A stretch of DNA of 64,000 nt from Cercozoa sp. M6MM. Taxonomy: Eukaryota; Protista; Endomyxa: Ascetosporea. The position numbers and the translations under genes are program-made. Under the pieces are notes generated by a model. That model saw only the letters and a program-made list of their open reading frames with translations. It did not search any database and was not told where the DNA came from. Numbering within the stretch: position 1 is the stretch's first letter; every line of letters begins with the position of its first letter. Shown here piece by piece: positions 1-13,091 of this stretch. The stretch lies in assembly GCA_040357565.1 (NCBI GenBank), contig JBDODJ010000024.1, one strand, 5' to 3'.

Positions 1-50
<50 letters not shown>

Positions 51-1233
51 CACGGTACCATGCGCTGCCAGAGTTGCAGTGCGTCGGCCATTTTGGTGAT
101 GCCTTCGAAGGCCTTGGTGTTCTGGATGCCGAGTGCGCGCAAACCCTGCGTGTGACGCTGCTGGTGGAAATGGTACTCGAACTCGCGTGCTGTAGTCAGC
201 AACAAGCACACATCAGCATGCACACTAGTCAGATGGGAGGGGCAGAGGGACAGGGGGACGAAAACACAAAGGCAAAGGGTACGGCCGCGGTAGTTCTGAT
301 CGCCGCAGATCTCGCAGCTGAAGGTGCGATTGAGGCCGTGCAGAATGTACAGCCAGTACGGAATCGGCGTGCCGTCGACATCGAGCGGCACCTTCTTCGG
401 GTTGTAGACGCCGTTGTCGTAGAGCTCGCCGTCCTCGACCTCCTCCTCCTCTTCGATGGCCGCCACGGTCTGCGCGGCCACGCGCTCGGCCTCCTGTACA
501 GTGCATGCATAAATCGCTACATGTACATATATATATATTTATTTATTTATACTATATATATATATATATAGTTTTATCAAGGGCAGGGGGTCAAGGGCAC
601 CTGCAACTCGGCACTCCGCGTCTGTCGCTTGTGCACCTCGTCGATGGTGCGGCGAACCACGTCACGCAGCAGCATCTGGCCGAGCGACTCAAGACGGAAC
701 TCGAGCAGCTTCAGGGGCACCGAGTCGTTGGACGCCGCCTCGCCCGGCAACTGCTTCTCGTGCTCCTTGGCCACTGTCGCCATCTGGACAGAGAAATAGG
801 GGGGTACAGGTAAGGGGACAGACTGGGTGGACAGAACAAGGTACCTTGGCCAGGCGCTTGAGATGCTTCTTGGACTTCATGTGCGCCTTGTAGACGTTGC
901 TGTTGGCAAAGGTCTTGTCGCACGCACTGCAAGCCAGCTCGCCCTGCTCCTTCTGCTGCTCGCGACGCTTGGCCGCCTCTTGTCGGTACTCCTCGTCAAT
1001 CATGTTGAGTGCCTGCACCGCAAAACTCCAACACGTAGAGAGGGAGGGAACAACATTGGTGGGGGGGTGCTGGCTACCTCCTCCAGTGGGAACAAAGGCC
1101 GTGAGCGACGCAGCCAGTCGCTCAGGTACTCCAGAACGTCCTGCAGGAACTGCTTGTACTCGGGCGCCTTTCTGTTGGCCTGTTTCACGAACCCATACAT
1201 ACAAATGCTCATACTCGTGGACATATACTGTAT

Positions 1234-1274
<41 letters not shown>

Positions 1275-2904
1275 AACACCTCCTTGTTGTATCGAGAGCA
1301 GCGCCAGAACGTGTCCAGGAAGGTCGCATAGTCCATGCGCCGGTGCTTGTTCTCTGGGTGACGCGGATCGCGCGCGCACTACGCCAGCACACATACACAC
1401 ACATACACACTCCCTTCTTTTCATAACACGTGTGCCGATATTGTACAGGAAGAAGGGTAGGTTGGCACCTTGGCAAAACACGGCGTGTTGACAAAACGTG
1501 TGTACAACTGTGTCATTTCGAGGAAGGCGCCGCGTTGCTCGGGACCCGAGAATGGCACGACAAACTCGCTCTGTGTGTTTACAGTTCAGTCAAGTCTCAA
1601 GTCAAGTCAGGTCAAGACAAACATAGAGTATATGCGAACAGGTGGCTACCTGCAGGAGTCGCGTCGGATCATCCACCGGCAGGTCGGAGCGTCCGCGCGG
1701 AAGTCGCAGTGCCTCAAGTTCCTGGCGAGCGAGTGCGGCCTTGCCTTGGACGGCATCGTCCTCCTTCGCCTGCATGTGTGTACATAAATATATTTATAAG
1801 CATAATATTGGAACGTACGTCATCCTCGGGGTTGTCGGTGACGAGTTCGGGAGCGTAGTTGCCCTTGGCATCCACCGTCAGCACAGTAGCCTTCTTGGCC
1901 TGCTGCTGCTCAAGGTGAGGGGAAGGGTGATGTGCTGTTTCCAGCGCAGTACCAGTCCGACCAAGAGACGAAGGCTACCTTCTTCTTGAGAGCGGCGGCT
2001 GCCTTGGCTTCCGACACTAGCTCGGCCGTTTGGACCTCGCGCGACGTCAGCGGCGGGTGTAACATCTAACAACAACCCACATAACACACACACACATACA
2101 CACACACATTTCCACACACACACACATACACACACACACATACACACACACATACAAACACACACAACAGAGTGCTGCGAGGAACGTACCTGCTCGAGTT
2201 CGTTGTTGCCCACGGGTTCGTTGGCACTGTTGGAAGCCGAATGCGTCTTGCGCAGCTCGCGCAGGTTCTCGTAGAACTCGGCGAACACGTCGCCCATTGG
2301 CTATTGTAGATGAGTATACACACACACATATATATATATATATATACATATAGATGAGTATATATACAGATATGTATGGTGAGTACTAGGAGTACCTTTT
2401 CCTCTTCACTCAAAACTTGAGACACGCGAGTTGGTGCCTCAATTTCCTAAAAGAAGCAAAAACTACCTTAGCACACAAGGTTGCGTTTCTCGCTAGTGTG
2501 AGTGCTACTCACCTTGAGCAGCTGGTCACGGCAAGCCATCATGCGCTTCATGCGGAAGCACAACTCATTGTCCAGAAGCACCGAACGCCACGTCGAGCGC
2601 GAACTGTGGGGAAAAACAACAACATCCGCAAACAGCGTTCCTCGAACTAAACACTGCTGCGGAAGAAACAGGGAGCGAACTTTACCTGCCATGCTCACAC
2701 AGCATGTGACGACATTCGGCAAGCTGCCGCTCCATTTCGGCGTACACTTGGCGTGTCTGCCCATGTTGTGCTAGGGTGAGCAAGTGTCAAGTCGACAAAC
2801 ACATCAAACGCAGCAAGGTTGAAGAGCTTCAGCAAAAAAAGTGAAAAACAAATCGAAGAAACTTTTTGTCCACTCACCGCCTCAAGTTCAAGCAACGACG
2901 TCAT
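1..2904 (-). CDS. SF3A3: Splicing factor 3A subunit 3 (SF3a60/Prp9), multi-exon, 3' end runs off the window
   Basis: Spliced exons give MTSLLELEA-TRQVYAEMERQ..., FAEFYENLRELRKTH, a C2H2 finger CSACDKTFANSNVYKAHMKSKKH and VYNPKKVPLDVDGTPIPYWLYILHGLNRTFSCEICGDQNYRG, the SF3A3 signature. Confidence 0.95.
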
Positions 2905-3138
2905 TGGTGTTAGCCTAGTGTTGTCACCGCACAGTCACCAGAACACAGGTGGGACTCACGAAACCAGCGGCGTCGCTCGTCCAGCGCTCCGCGCGTGAAA
3001 AAATTAAAACGCCACCACAGAGGGGCCTTAACGCAATCATCACGTGCATGCGCGTGCCCGGGCTGTTACAGGGATTTTGGGGTCATTTTTGTTGTCTGCA
3101 GTGCAACTGGCAGCGAGATCAGGGCTTGCACCCCAAAG

Positions 3139-4923
3139 ATGACCGATGAAAACGAGCCAACGAATTGGAACTTTGACGCGCCTCAGTTCTATGTATCGTA
3201 TTCTTGCGCGAGTCTCACTCTGTGTGTATGCATTGTCCCGGTCTTTGTCTAAGGATTTCACGAGAACGCAACGAAAGAAGCGACGTCGGCGCCTGTCGGT
3301 GGAAGACAGGCGTCGCATCAATGCCTTCTGTCGCGAAGCAGACGAGCATTCGCTGAAGGCACACGAAAACGCGACGGCGGACACACTCAGTCTCGGTGCT
3401 TGCTTTCCTTTTGCTTGTAGAACCGATGATTCGAATGGAAGGACTGTGTTGTTTTGGCTCGCTGCAGGTGCCGACACGGAAGAGCTGCGCTTCGACGACT
3501 GGTGGCGCCAGCGCGAGCAGAAAACAATCAGTCAGCAGAAACCAGAGGCGGCGCACTCGAGTCGCAGCGGCACGCCGCGAGCGAAACGCACTCGGCATTC
3601 GGTGCATTGTTACGCAACCTGGGGCTCCCCTTGCATGTGGTCTCGTTAAGATGGTTTGTATGCAGGTCGGCCTCGCCACGCAGCTGCTGGCTGCCGATCG
3701 CAGTCGCAAGCCGCTGCGAAAGCGCGCAGCCTCGATGGGTGCTGCGAGCACTTCGAACTTCAAACTGCAGACAGAAAACGCACTGCAGATGGGCTTGCCG
3801 CGTCGTGTGCTGCGTCGCTCGCAGCCGAACGCAACTGAGGCAGCGTTGCAAGAGGGTGCGCCAGTGGACTCAACTCAGACGGTTCAGCCAGGTGGCCAGC
3901 AGGACACTCGCCGAGTCAGTCGACGCAAATCTCTGCTGACAACGACAGTGAAAGCAACTGGCAGTCGCAAGGCAAAAGGTTCCACACTGTCGATACCGTC
4001 GCAACAAGCGCGTACGCCACCTCGAGAAACGCCGCCGCAGCGCTCGCGTTTCTCTGGCCCGTCACAACCCGCGATCACTCAGTCGATCGCTGCGGCCAGA
4101 CTGCACACGAGGCACACGCAAGCACCGGCACCACATGCTATCGGTGTCACACGAACCGTGCCGACCCAGTCGCGCTTTCGTTCGGTCACGCGCGCAGTGT
4201 CGCGAAGAGTGTCAGTGCTGGGCAAGCACTCGCGCGGTGGGTTTCCTTGGCTACCCTGTTTACTCACTCGCTCCACTGCCCTTGTTACCCCCTTGTGTGT
4301 ATGTGTGTATTGTGTGTATGTTGTGTATGTGCGCAGGCAAGAAGGATGGTGGTACCGACGAAGAGCAGCAGCGCGAGGTGCCACCGGCCAAACGGCGTCG
4401 CACGATGCCGTCCATACGGCGTGTCGACTCGAAACACTCGCAACAACAACAACAACAACAACAACAACAACGACCACAACAACAACAGGTTACTAACGAT
4501 TCTAACACTGTGTGTGTATGTGTGTGTGTATGTGTGTGTGTATGTGTGTGTGTATGTGTGTGTGTGTGTATCTTTGTTTCTTCACAGACGCGTCGCTTGA
4601 CGGTGTGGGAACGTTTGAGTCGTGACACACGCGCTTGGGCCGCGCGTCGTCTCACTGCCTCCGCCCTTCCTCCGCAGACTGCTGCACTCGCTGTCTCGAA
4701 ACCACTTGTCTCGAAACCATCTTTCTCGAAAGCACCTGCCTCGAAAGCAGTCACACTGAAAGCACCGACGATGCCAAAAACACCTACCTTGAAAGTACCT
4801 ACCTCCAAGGGGCCGGCCTTCAAGTCACCCGCACGCAGGCCGAGACAGACGGAACCTGCGCGCCGACAGAGGAAGCCGAAGCAACTCACCGTGCCCAAGA
4901 CACCCGACGTAGTGTTCTTTGTC

Positions 4924-4957
<34 letters not shown>

Positions 4958-5595
4958 CGATGTTGTTTTTCTTTTCGTGTGCAGTTTGTGCGGCGGAACC
5001 GCCAGCGACGTTCGGCCGTGGCAGCGGCGGAATTGCCGGCGCCTTGGCCGGTGCACCCTGCCTCTATGAGACGACGTTCACATCGGCCTGTCGCGAATTC
5101 ACTTCAGGTAGACTTCTTTCTTGTGTACTGCGAATCGTGCCATGTTGTGCCCGATTTTTGATTGCTTCATATGATTTTAGAGACACGAACAGAAAACGCA
5201 GCAGCAACATCGCACACGACCGCAGCTCACAGTGCCGAAAACGCCGTCGTTTGGCGGCCCAAAACAGTTGCGTCCACCTGAACAGGTATCATGTAGATCA
5301 CGCCTTGCCAAGCCTTGGGTCACGTCTCTGTCTGTCATTGTAGAGCGTGCGTGGCCGTCCGACGCCTCCGCCTGCTCCCTTTCGTGCTAGGAGTGTCCCG
5401 AGACATCTCTTCGACAACGACAAGTACCGCCACTCCCTGTCTCTCTGTATGGTTGGACTGGTTCTTGTTTGTTGCAGCGTGTGGCGACCGCAACACCGCG
5501 CCGCGCCCCTGACTGTGCCGCGTACGCCGAACTTTGCCAAGCCAAAGTCCTCTCGTCGCAAGAAGTGCGCGCTCGCCACCAAGCCTCTTGAATAA
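3139..5595 (+). CDS. TPX2: TPX2-like spindle assembly protein
   Basis: N-terminal NFDAPQFY|DFT...FDDWW resembles the TPX2 Aurora-binding motif. The body is basic and disordered, with LTVPKTP, FRARSVP and LTVPRTPNF motifs typical of the TPX2 C-terminus, plus a polyQ tract. Confidence 0.7.
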
Positions 5596-5861
5596 TGTCA
5601 CGTACAATCCGAGGACGGGAGTCAAGCAAGCAAGCATTCGATCATGGCTCATGCATGAGAACTTCCCGTTCGTGGAGGGTGGCCGGGTACCGTACGACAG
5701 TTAATTAACGGTAGATTTGCTGGACCGCACGCGCAGCAGGCACGCCACGACAGCGCGGTGTGGCGCCACCCGGACACGATCACACTCGACTTTTGTTGTT
5801 GCTTCTTTAAGACGACTTTAGCACCGTAACGTGGTGCTTAAAGCAAGTGCAAGTGGAAGCC

Positions 5862-8155
5862 ATGCTGCGGTTGCTGTCTGTCTGTCTTCTTCTCGACGTG
5901 GTCGTCGGCTTTGGAGAATGTATAATATACCACCAGCACTTAGAGTGGAGGGTTCAGAATGGGTTGTTGATATACGCACTGCTGCAGTTTGTGAGCTCAA
6001 GCCCCAGCAAACAGAGGATTCTATCAGCAGGCGCATGCCAGCTAACGATAAATTGAATGGTACGGCAGTTACTAAAATCGCGTTCTTTGGTGACGGCGAT
6101 CTCGGACAGCGAGCGGTACAAGCACTGTACTTAACACTAGCACCGGTTTAAACTGGAACGATTGAGAACTGCACCTGGTGTTGCAGCAAAGCGTGCTGAC
6201 TTTGACGCAACAGTTCGGCGCCGATGCAGTTGTTTTCGCTGGCGATTTCGATGTAAACTTACCTCCAGCTCCATTTGATTACATTCTGCTGGAGCAGTAC
6301 GTACTATTTTCTGCCAGAGCAGTACGTCAACTGGCCAGCTGCATTCTTTCGTCAGCTAGATGAATTCCTACCCGACACACCTTTCATTGCAGCAATTGGC
6401 AATCACGACACGGATGTACTTTCAAAAAGCGCAGTTTCATTCCATCAAATTTACAACAACTGTCAGTTCCTGAAACTTAGGTTTGGGACCAAGACATGTC
6501 CGGCGACAGCTCGCGTGGCTATGCAGCTCTTCTGGAACGTCGCTTTGACCAGACGCGGTAGAGCAGTGAGAAACGGTTCAAACTGACAGAAACCTGATAT
6601 TCAAGATTTGAGTGCTGCAGCGGCAGACTGACCTGCGAAGGCTCAAACACGGGAGTACAGCAGACTTGCCGGATAAACAATGTCGTTATAGTGGTGTCGG
6701 GCATTGGTACCCGTGGCAAGCGTACCGAGCACGTGGACTACATCGATCGAGCCTTGACACGGCACGCGGATGCGCAGTACAAGGTGTGCGTCTGGCACAA
6801 GAACCAGCGACTCATGCAGATTGGTTCATCATTTTTGTCAACACGTGGTTTGCTATTTACGATGAGAAAAAGTAACTGTATTTACATGTACCACCGCAGG
6901 AAGCAAGCATGACGAGGTCGGATGGGATGCCTACGACACTTGTAAAAACACAATCCAGGAACTTACGATCGTGAACTATATTAACATGTGCCTTCAGGTC
7001 GAAAGCACGGCGCCTTGGTCGCCACCGGACATGAGCACAGTGTAATCTACTCTTGTTTAGCTCACTTTGTGCCACGTAGTATTGTATGCCCTGCATCTGT
7101 GTAAAGTACGCGCGCAGTCACACCATGACTTCCTTCCGAAAGTGCGACCATCTAGTAACTGAGTCAAATTAGTTTGCTTCCATGCTTTTGTGCAGACAAC
7201 TATTTGAGGAAGAGGCCGTCATAAGTCTGCGTCCAGGACGCAGTTTCGTGTTCCACGCCGGTGTCGGCGGACAGAAGGCGAACAGTGCGAAGGACGACTT
7301 GCAGCACAATGACTGGTGGGCTGCTTGGGCGGCTACCCAAACAGGTCTCCAACAGGGCGGTCTCATGTGCTCCTTCTCGTCTGTGCGCGGGCACTGCGAG
7401 TTTCACTCCATCGACGGTCGTGTGCGTACATATTCTTAATACTAGTGTTCCGTGGATATATAAATTACATATACATAAGATACATTTTGGACAGACGACA
7501 GGTTCGACTTCACCTCGGAAGTGACAGGACAGGTCGCTCGCATCGGTGTGCTGCGAGATGCGCCGTCGGACGTACCGCTCACTCTGCAGACGACACATGG
7601 AAACCAGGCTCAGTTTGTCATCGATGCGGCCGACTTGAGACAGTCTCACTCTGCGCACTGGCAGGGTCGCGTGCAACTCCTCAGTCGCCAGGCGATGCAC
7701 TCGAGCGCATGGATGCTGTTCTGCCTGTAACACCTTTACTTCTTAAGTTGCACTTGCTTGCGTTTGTTGTTCAGTTTGTGCACTGCAAACCCTGAACTTG
7801 GAATCTGCCCCAGAGGAAACAAGTGCGTACGGTGGCACAACTACGAAGGAGTGGATCCCTTGCAGTTCGAGGGAGGAGGTACCAATAGTCCCTAAACTAC
7901 TGATCTCAATCGTTGAATTGAGAGTGGGTAAATGACAATGCAGAGGCGTGGCCCCAATCGACAGTGTGGACCTCACCGCCGATCGAAGTCTCCTTTCTCG
8001 GCGAAATGCACCACGATCTGGGCACTCAAAAGAGCATCACTGTTGACCTTGTGGTCTTCAATGATTCAAACACTGCGTTGTTACATGATGTCGCGCACCT
8101 CCAGCCCCAAAACCCCTGCCACGTTCCCGTACTGCTCGTGGCGACAACACGGTAG
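5862..8155 (+). CDS. Secreted calcineurin-like metallophosphoesterase with an extra C-terminal domain
   Basis: Hydrophobic N-terminus MLRLLSVCLLLDVVVG, followed by motifs AFFGD, AGDFD|Y, IGNHD, VWHKNQ and TGHEH in order across GT-AG exons. Confidence 0.85.
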
Positions 8156-8533
8156 AATTCGAACGCCAAATTCCAGGCTTCCAAAGTAAAATGAAGACAA
8201 CTATGACGGCAGGGCTGTCGCACAGCTGTCAGTGTCTTCTTCGTCAAGCACTGAAGCAGAGTTTAGGGCGGGTTGTTAACTTGTAGTGTTAGTGAGGTCG
8301 CCCAGGATGAGTCCTGGCTCGTTCTTTTCCCCGTTGTCTTCTTTTGATACTTTAGGGTTTGTTCTGAATAGACTGACGTGAACTATCGGTTGCCCCGCCC
8401 CGACCACACCGCGATGGTTAATTTACTTTACGTTACGTTATGTGCAGGCACCCGCCGCACTGGCTGCATCGAACATGACCTGACCACATACAATTGCCGT
8501 GCGCTGGGTCACGACGCTGACACGGCGTCTGAA

Positions 8534-11128
8534 CTACTGCGCGGCGGCATGGATACGCTCAACACACTGTTTGATATCCTCGTGGGTGGCGTCGTCACCC
8601 TGCGAACACACCAATCGACACGTGCAACAGTTATTGGCGGCGAACAAAGGTGATGTCGTACCTCGACACGCGCGAGCAGCTCGCCGATTTCCTCCACCGG
8701 TGGCAGACAGCCACTCGCCTGTGCCACACAACGCATCTCTTACACAGTGCGTATCTCCATATATCTTTATATATATAAAGTGCTGCTACGATAACAGCCG
8801 TGTCAGGCGAGGCGCGCACGCACGCGAGCAGGCACAGCAACAGGCGGCGCGCAGCCTGAGCGCACAGCAGCGGCGCGTCGTCGTCATCCACCAGGCGCTG
8901 CACCAGCAAGTCTGTCAGCTGCCCGTGCACTGTCCACGCATACTCACACATGCACATACATGCACACACACACATGTGCTTGCATACACATGTACACATG
9001 ACACAAACAGCTACCGTCGTCGCCGCGGTTGCACACAGCCGTGTTGAACACCACACGCGCCGCGAGTTTCTGAGACTCGCCCGGTCCCATACGAAGCTGC
9101 AGCACACACGTATGCGACTGAGTATCCATGAGAACACACACACACACATACACAGAAGAGAGAGAGAGAGTGGCACAGCAACATTGCAGACATCCAGCAG
9201 GGTTTTCATCCACTCGGACGACGTGTCAGCCTGCAGATAAATACATACTGCAGGAAGGTATGAAGCAGAGGAACGAGGTACATGTGCACACAGGTTGGCC
9301 ACAGCAGCCAGCGACATCGTTCGTGCCTGTACAGAGGGTGCACATACACCTGTGTGTGTGGGTGTACACAGAGGGTGTCAGTTGGTACAGGAGCAAAGGC
9401 AGCGTCGGCCACGACAGCACCGTGTAGCCACATGGTACGCAGACACTCAGACAGTGTCGTCATAAAGTCAACGTCGGTGTGACACTTCTGTCGTACCTGT
9501 GTTCAGACACAAGCATGGACACAGACACAGACACCAATGCAGGGCGGAGACGGGGGGGGGGGGTACAGCAGCAGAGGCGGCGAGGTCCACCAGCAGAGCG
9601 TACAATGCCAACACGGCCTTACCATCGCTGCTCCAGGCGGTCAGCACGCGTCCAAGTGCACCAAGGTCCACCTGCCCGTAGGTCCTCTCGTTCGACAGTG
9701 CTACACACACTTGTACCTTTAGATATATATATATATACAGATATATACCACTAGACAAGGCAGAAAACTCTTGCGGAGACAGCTTGACTTGTTGGCGCAG
9801 GTTGGCTACACAGCACGATGTGAGGACACCACAAGACAGTCATACATTTTAAAGTACCAACGCGCACAAGACGCAGAAAGGCAGCAGCCTTGTTCGGCTT
9901 TTTCACAATAGGCACGTCCTCCTGTGCGGCCGCTTGCCTGCTCTCCGCACTGTGCGAGACACAACGAGGAATGTACAACTAGGAGTGCACAAACAGGCAC
10001 AGACAGGGAGAGACCTTTCGCTGCTGATGCTGGTGCTAGCACTGACGGGCGCACTGCTGACACCACCGCCCGGTGCAGCAGCAGCGTTGCCTTGCTCAAA
10101 CCCGGGCACAAAGGCGGGACCCTGCCCAACGTAGGTACCTCTCATCCACACATACCTTCGACATGGCCTAGTACCGTGCCCTGTCGCATACGATGTTCGA
10201 ACTGTTCGATCATTGGACGCAACATGGCACCTGACCCATAAGTACAAATATATAGACAAATATGTGCACATGGTTGCACACACTCAGGGTGCAGTATACT
10301 GTATCTGTACCCATTGGCGTGTTGAGCACACGCTCCGGCAGTCCAGTGATCCATGAAGGAATGCCTGTGCCGCACCTGTGCATACAAGTTCAACACACAC
10401 ATACACACACACACACACATACACGCACACACATATATAGTAGACTGTTGTACAGGAAGCGCGCGCACTCGTCGCTGAAGTTGTTGCAGTTGTGTCGCAG
10501 CAGCGAGTAGGTCTCTGGCGTGAATCGGTGCGAGATCTCCTGACCAAACAGCACAAACACACAGTCCATACAGTGCCCAGAAAGGCCGGTCGACATACCT
10601 GCAAGAAGTCGCGAAACACATCTTCAGTCTGCGGGCACACGTCTTGTAATAGGAAGAGCCGGAGGAGGAGACCAAGGAAAAACTACCAGGTCAGTCTCAC
10701 CAATGTCGACAATCTGCTGTGGCGTGCCGGCCGTTGAGGTGCCAGGAGCACACGCCTGGATGCCACCGCCGTAGTAGTACTCCTTGCCTGAGTATATCCC
10801 TTTGAGTCAAACTACAACGACGACAGCAACAACAGGCGGCTTATCTACCGAAAACGACGATGCCGGTGTGCCAAATGCCTGTATATCACAACGGAGACCT
10901 CACGAGCCTCGTAAGTTGTGAACGCAGGTACCCTCGATGGTCGTGCCGAGAAACATCGGCGACAGCTGTCGTGCCATGCCGTTTGACAGGTCGTAAATGT
11001 ACCTGCACACACACACACGGTACAACAAGCCAAATCTGCACAAACAGCTTAAAAACAGAGAAATCGAATCGGAATGCCGCAACGAAGCAAAATGGGTTCC
11101 ACTGATACACTTTGACTTGATATCCCAT
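8534..11128 (-). CDS. PPPDE/DeSI desumoylating isopeptidase with C-terminal helical (PUL-like) region
   Basis: MGYQVKVYIYDLSNGMARQLSPMFLG..., EYYYGGGI, YSLLRHNCNNFSDECARFL (catalytic NCN) and LPERVLNTPMGAMLRPM, followed by a long Leu/Ala-rich helical region. Confidence 0.88.
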
Positions 11129-11326
11129 CTTTCGCTCTAGAATCCAGAAAATGCAAAGACAATCCGTAAAAGTTTCTTTGGTCTCTTTAGAGCGCACATC
11201 CAGGTCATGGTTTGCACGCTGGCTACAAGAATATCCAGCGACCGGTTTCAGAATAAAATAGCAGTTTGATACACTACTTTTGCTGCATTAGAGGCGCTTT
11301 GTAGCTGTGTGGTGTTGAATTCTAGC

Positions 11327-12802
11327 ATGGGAAAGAGTCGTAAGGCGCGCAACCGCAGGTGACATAATTTGTTGTTGTTTCGTTGCAGTCACACACCGTA
11401 CTGCTCGTTCTTACGCCTTGTTACAGATTGCTGGAGAAGGAGAACGATGAGATCGAATCGAGTGCCTCAATGAGAGGCATGCGCAGCACGGAGGATGTGC
11501 TGTCACGCATTCTGCACGATGGTTCGCTGGACCCGACGCAATTCAACGTTGGCTTCCTCGGTCTGGACCCTGTCACCAAGGAGAGGTACAGTGACACCGT
11601 CTCTCAGTCTTGCCTCCTCCAAAAACACTGACTGTAGGAAGGTGACAGAACGACGCGTGGACAAGTTCGCGGCCGCCAACGACAAGGCGCGCGGTCGCGG
11701 TCACTCTGCAGTCCCCTTGACGGCCATCAAGTAGTCCCTGTTTTTATCCTTGTCGCTCCTAGTGGGGTCATACCTGTGTGTCACACAGGTACTTTAAGTA
11801 CGTGCCGTCTGGTGAAATCGTCTACGATCGCGAGAACAAAATCGACGAGTTCTTTGGCTCGCAGGTACCTGCCTGAATATTGAAGACTAGTATAAGTAGG
11901 AGTATCGAGGTTTTAGCCTTGCTTTGCGTAGACCAAGCAACAGCAACGAACGCAGGTAGTCTTTGACTGAGAAGTGTGTGTGTGTGATGTGCGTGCGTAT
12001 CATGTGTTATCATGTGTTACCTGCCGACCCAACACTCAACAGAACAAGACGATGCGAACCATCCAGGAAGTGATCGCCGACTTTGAGGCCTCGCAGCAGG
12101 CAGAGACTGCGGCCACAGCAACCGAGGAGAAGGAGCAGAGCGAGGAAACCCACGACAACGCGTTCACTGGCGTCTTCTCTCGCGACACCGTGTCGCAGGA
12201 ACCGGCGGCTGCGCTGTACCTTTTGCACACAGTGAACGACCCTCTGTGTGTACGGAGGGTGTGTATTTTTCCCTCGGTTTGTTACTCAGCTTGGAGAGGA
12301 TTCTTCGAGCGCACGCTGTGCTAGACTACTTGGCCAGCTCGCCTTCGGGCAACGGACAGTCTGGCAAAACCCACAGTGCGGCCAACAACACCACGTTGGT
12401 CTCTGCCGATAAACCGGGTGCGCAGCAGGAGTACGATTTTGATCCGTCGGTAAATTACTATGTTGTTCTCTTGTTTAATATTGCAGTACAGACATTATCC
12501 CGTGCCTGTGAACAGAAGGTGGCACCATTGCCCGACGATCTGTCGACAGTGCCCATGCCTGTCTGGACGGCACTTGAAGGGTACAAACATCGTACGTAGT
12601 ATATGGATGCGCCGGTGACACGGTGATGTGCAGGACATCGGACGAAGAAGTGGCAAAGACGCTCGAGACTGCGTTGCGACAGCACTCGTCGCCACATCTC
12701 GGCGTACTCAATCCTTCGTATCTTCCCGCGTGTCTTTGGCGCTACTCGTATTATTTGCAGGACACTTTCTGGCGATGTGTCGACCTGCGTAGACGTCAAT
12801 AG
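11327..12802 (+). CDS. MJ1316/DUF504 (LENG9-like) RNA cyclic-end recognition domain protein
   Basis: MRSTEDVLSRILHDGSLDPTQFNVGF...AVPLTAIKYFKYVPSGEIVYDRENKIDEFFGS matches the LENG9 MJ1316 domain pattern. Confidence 0.75.
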
Positions 12803-13091
12803 TAACGATGCGCGGCGTTTTCGGCGCTGACGTGAGTCCGGTCGAGTTGCTGCCGCTCGGGCTGTACGTAAACGAAATTCCTTAGAAATCACCCTGGTTT
12901 TTCTCAGTCGAGTGCTGTACTGTACGTCGGTATTTAGATATTACAGAGTGATCCAACCTGTGACACAATTGCATTGGACCCAAACACCTGCTCTGGAGTT
13001 CTAGTGGTGTCTGTGTACTGTATGGATGGAGATAGTTGGGTGTTCTGGGACCACGGTTTCAAACGGCAGCGCGATGATTCAGGTTCAGCGA

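Noticed and set aside
7495-7525. GGTTCGA tRNA T-arm-like motif
   Set aside because: It lies at an exon start of the phosphoesterase gene and no cloverleaf can be formed.
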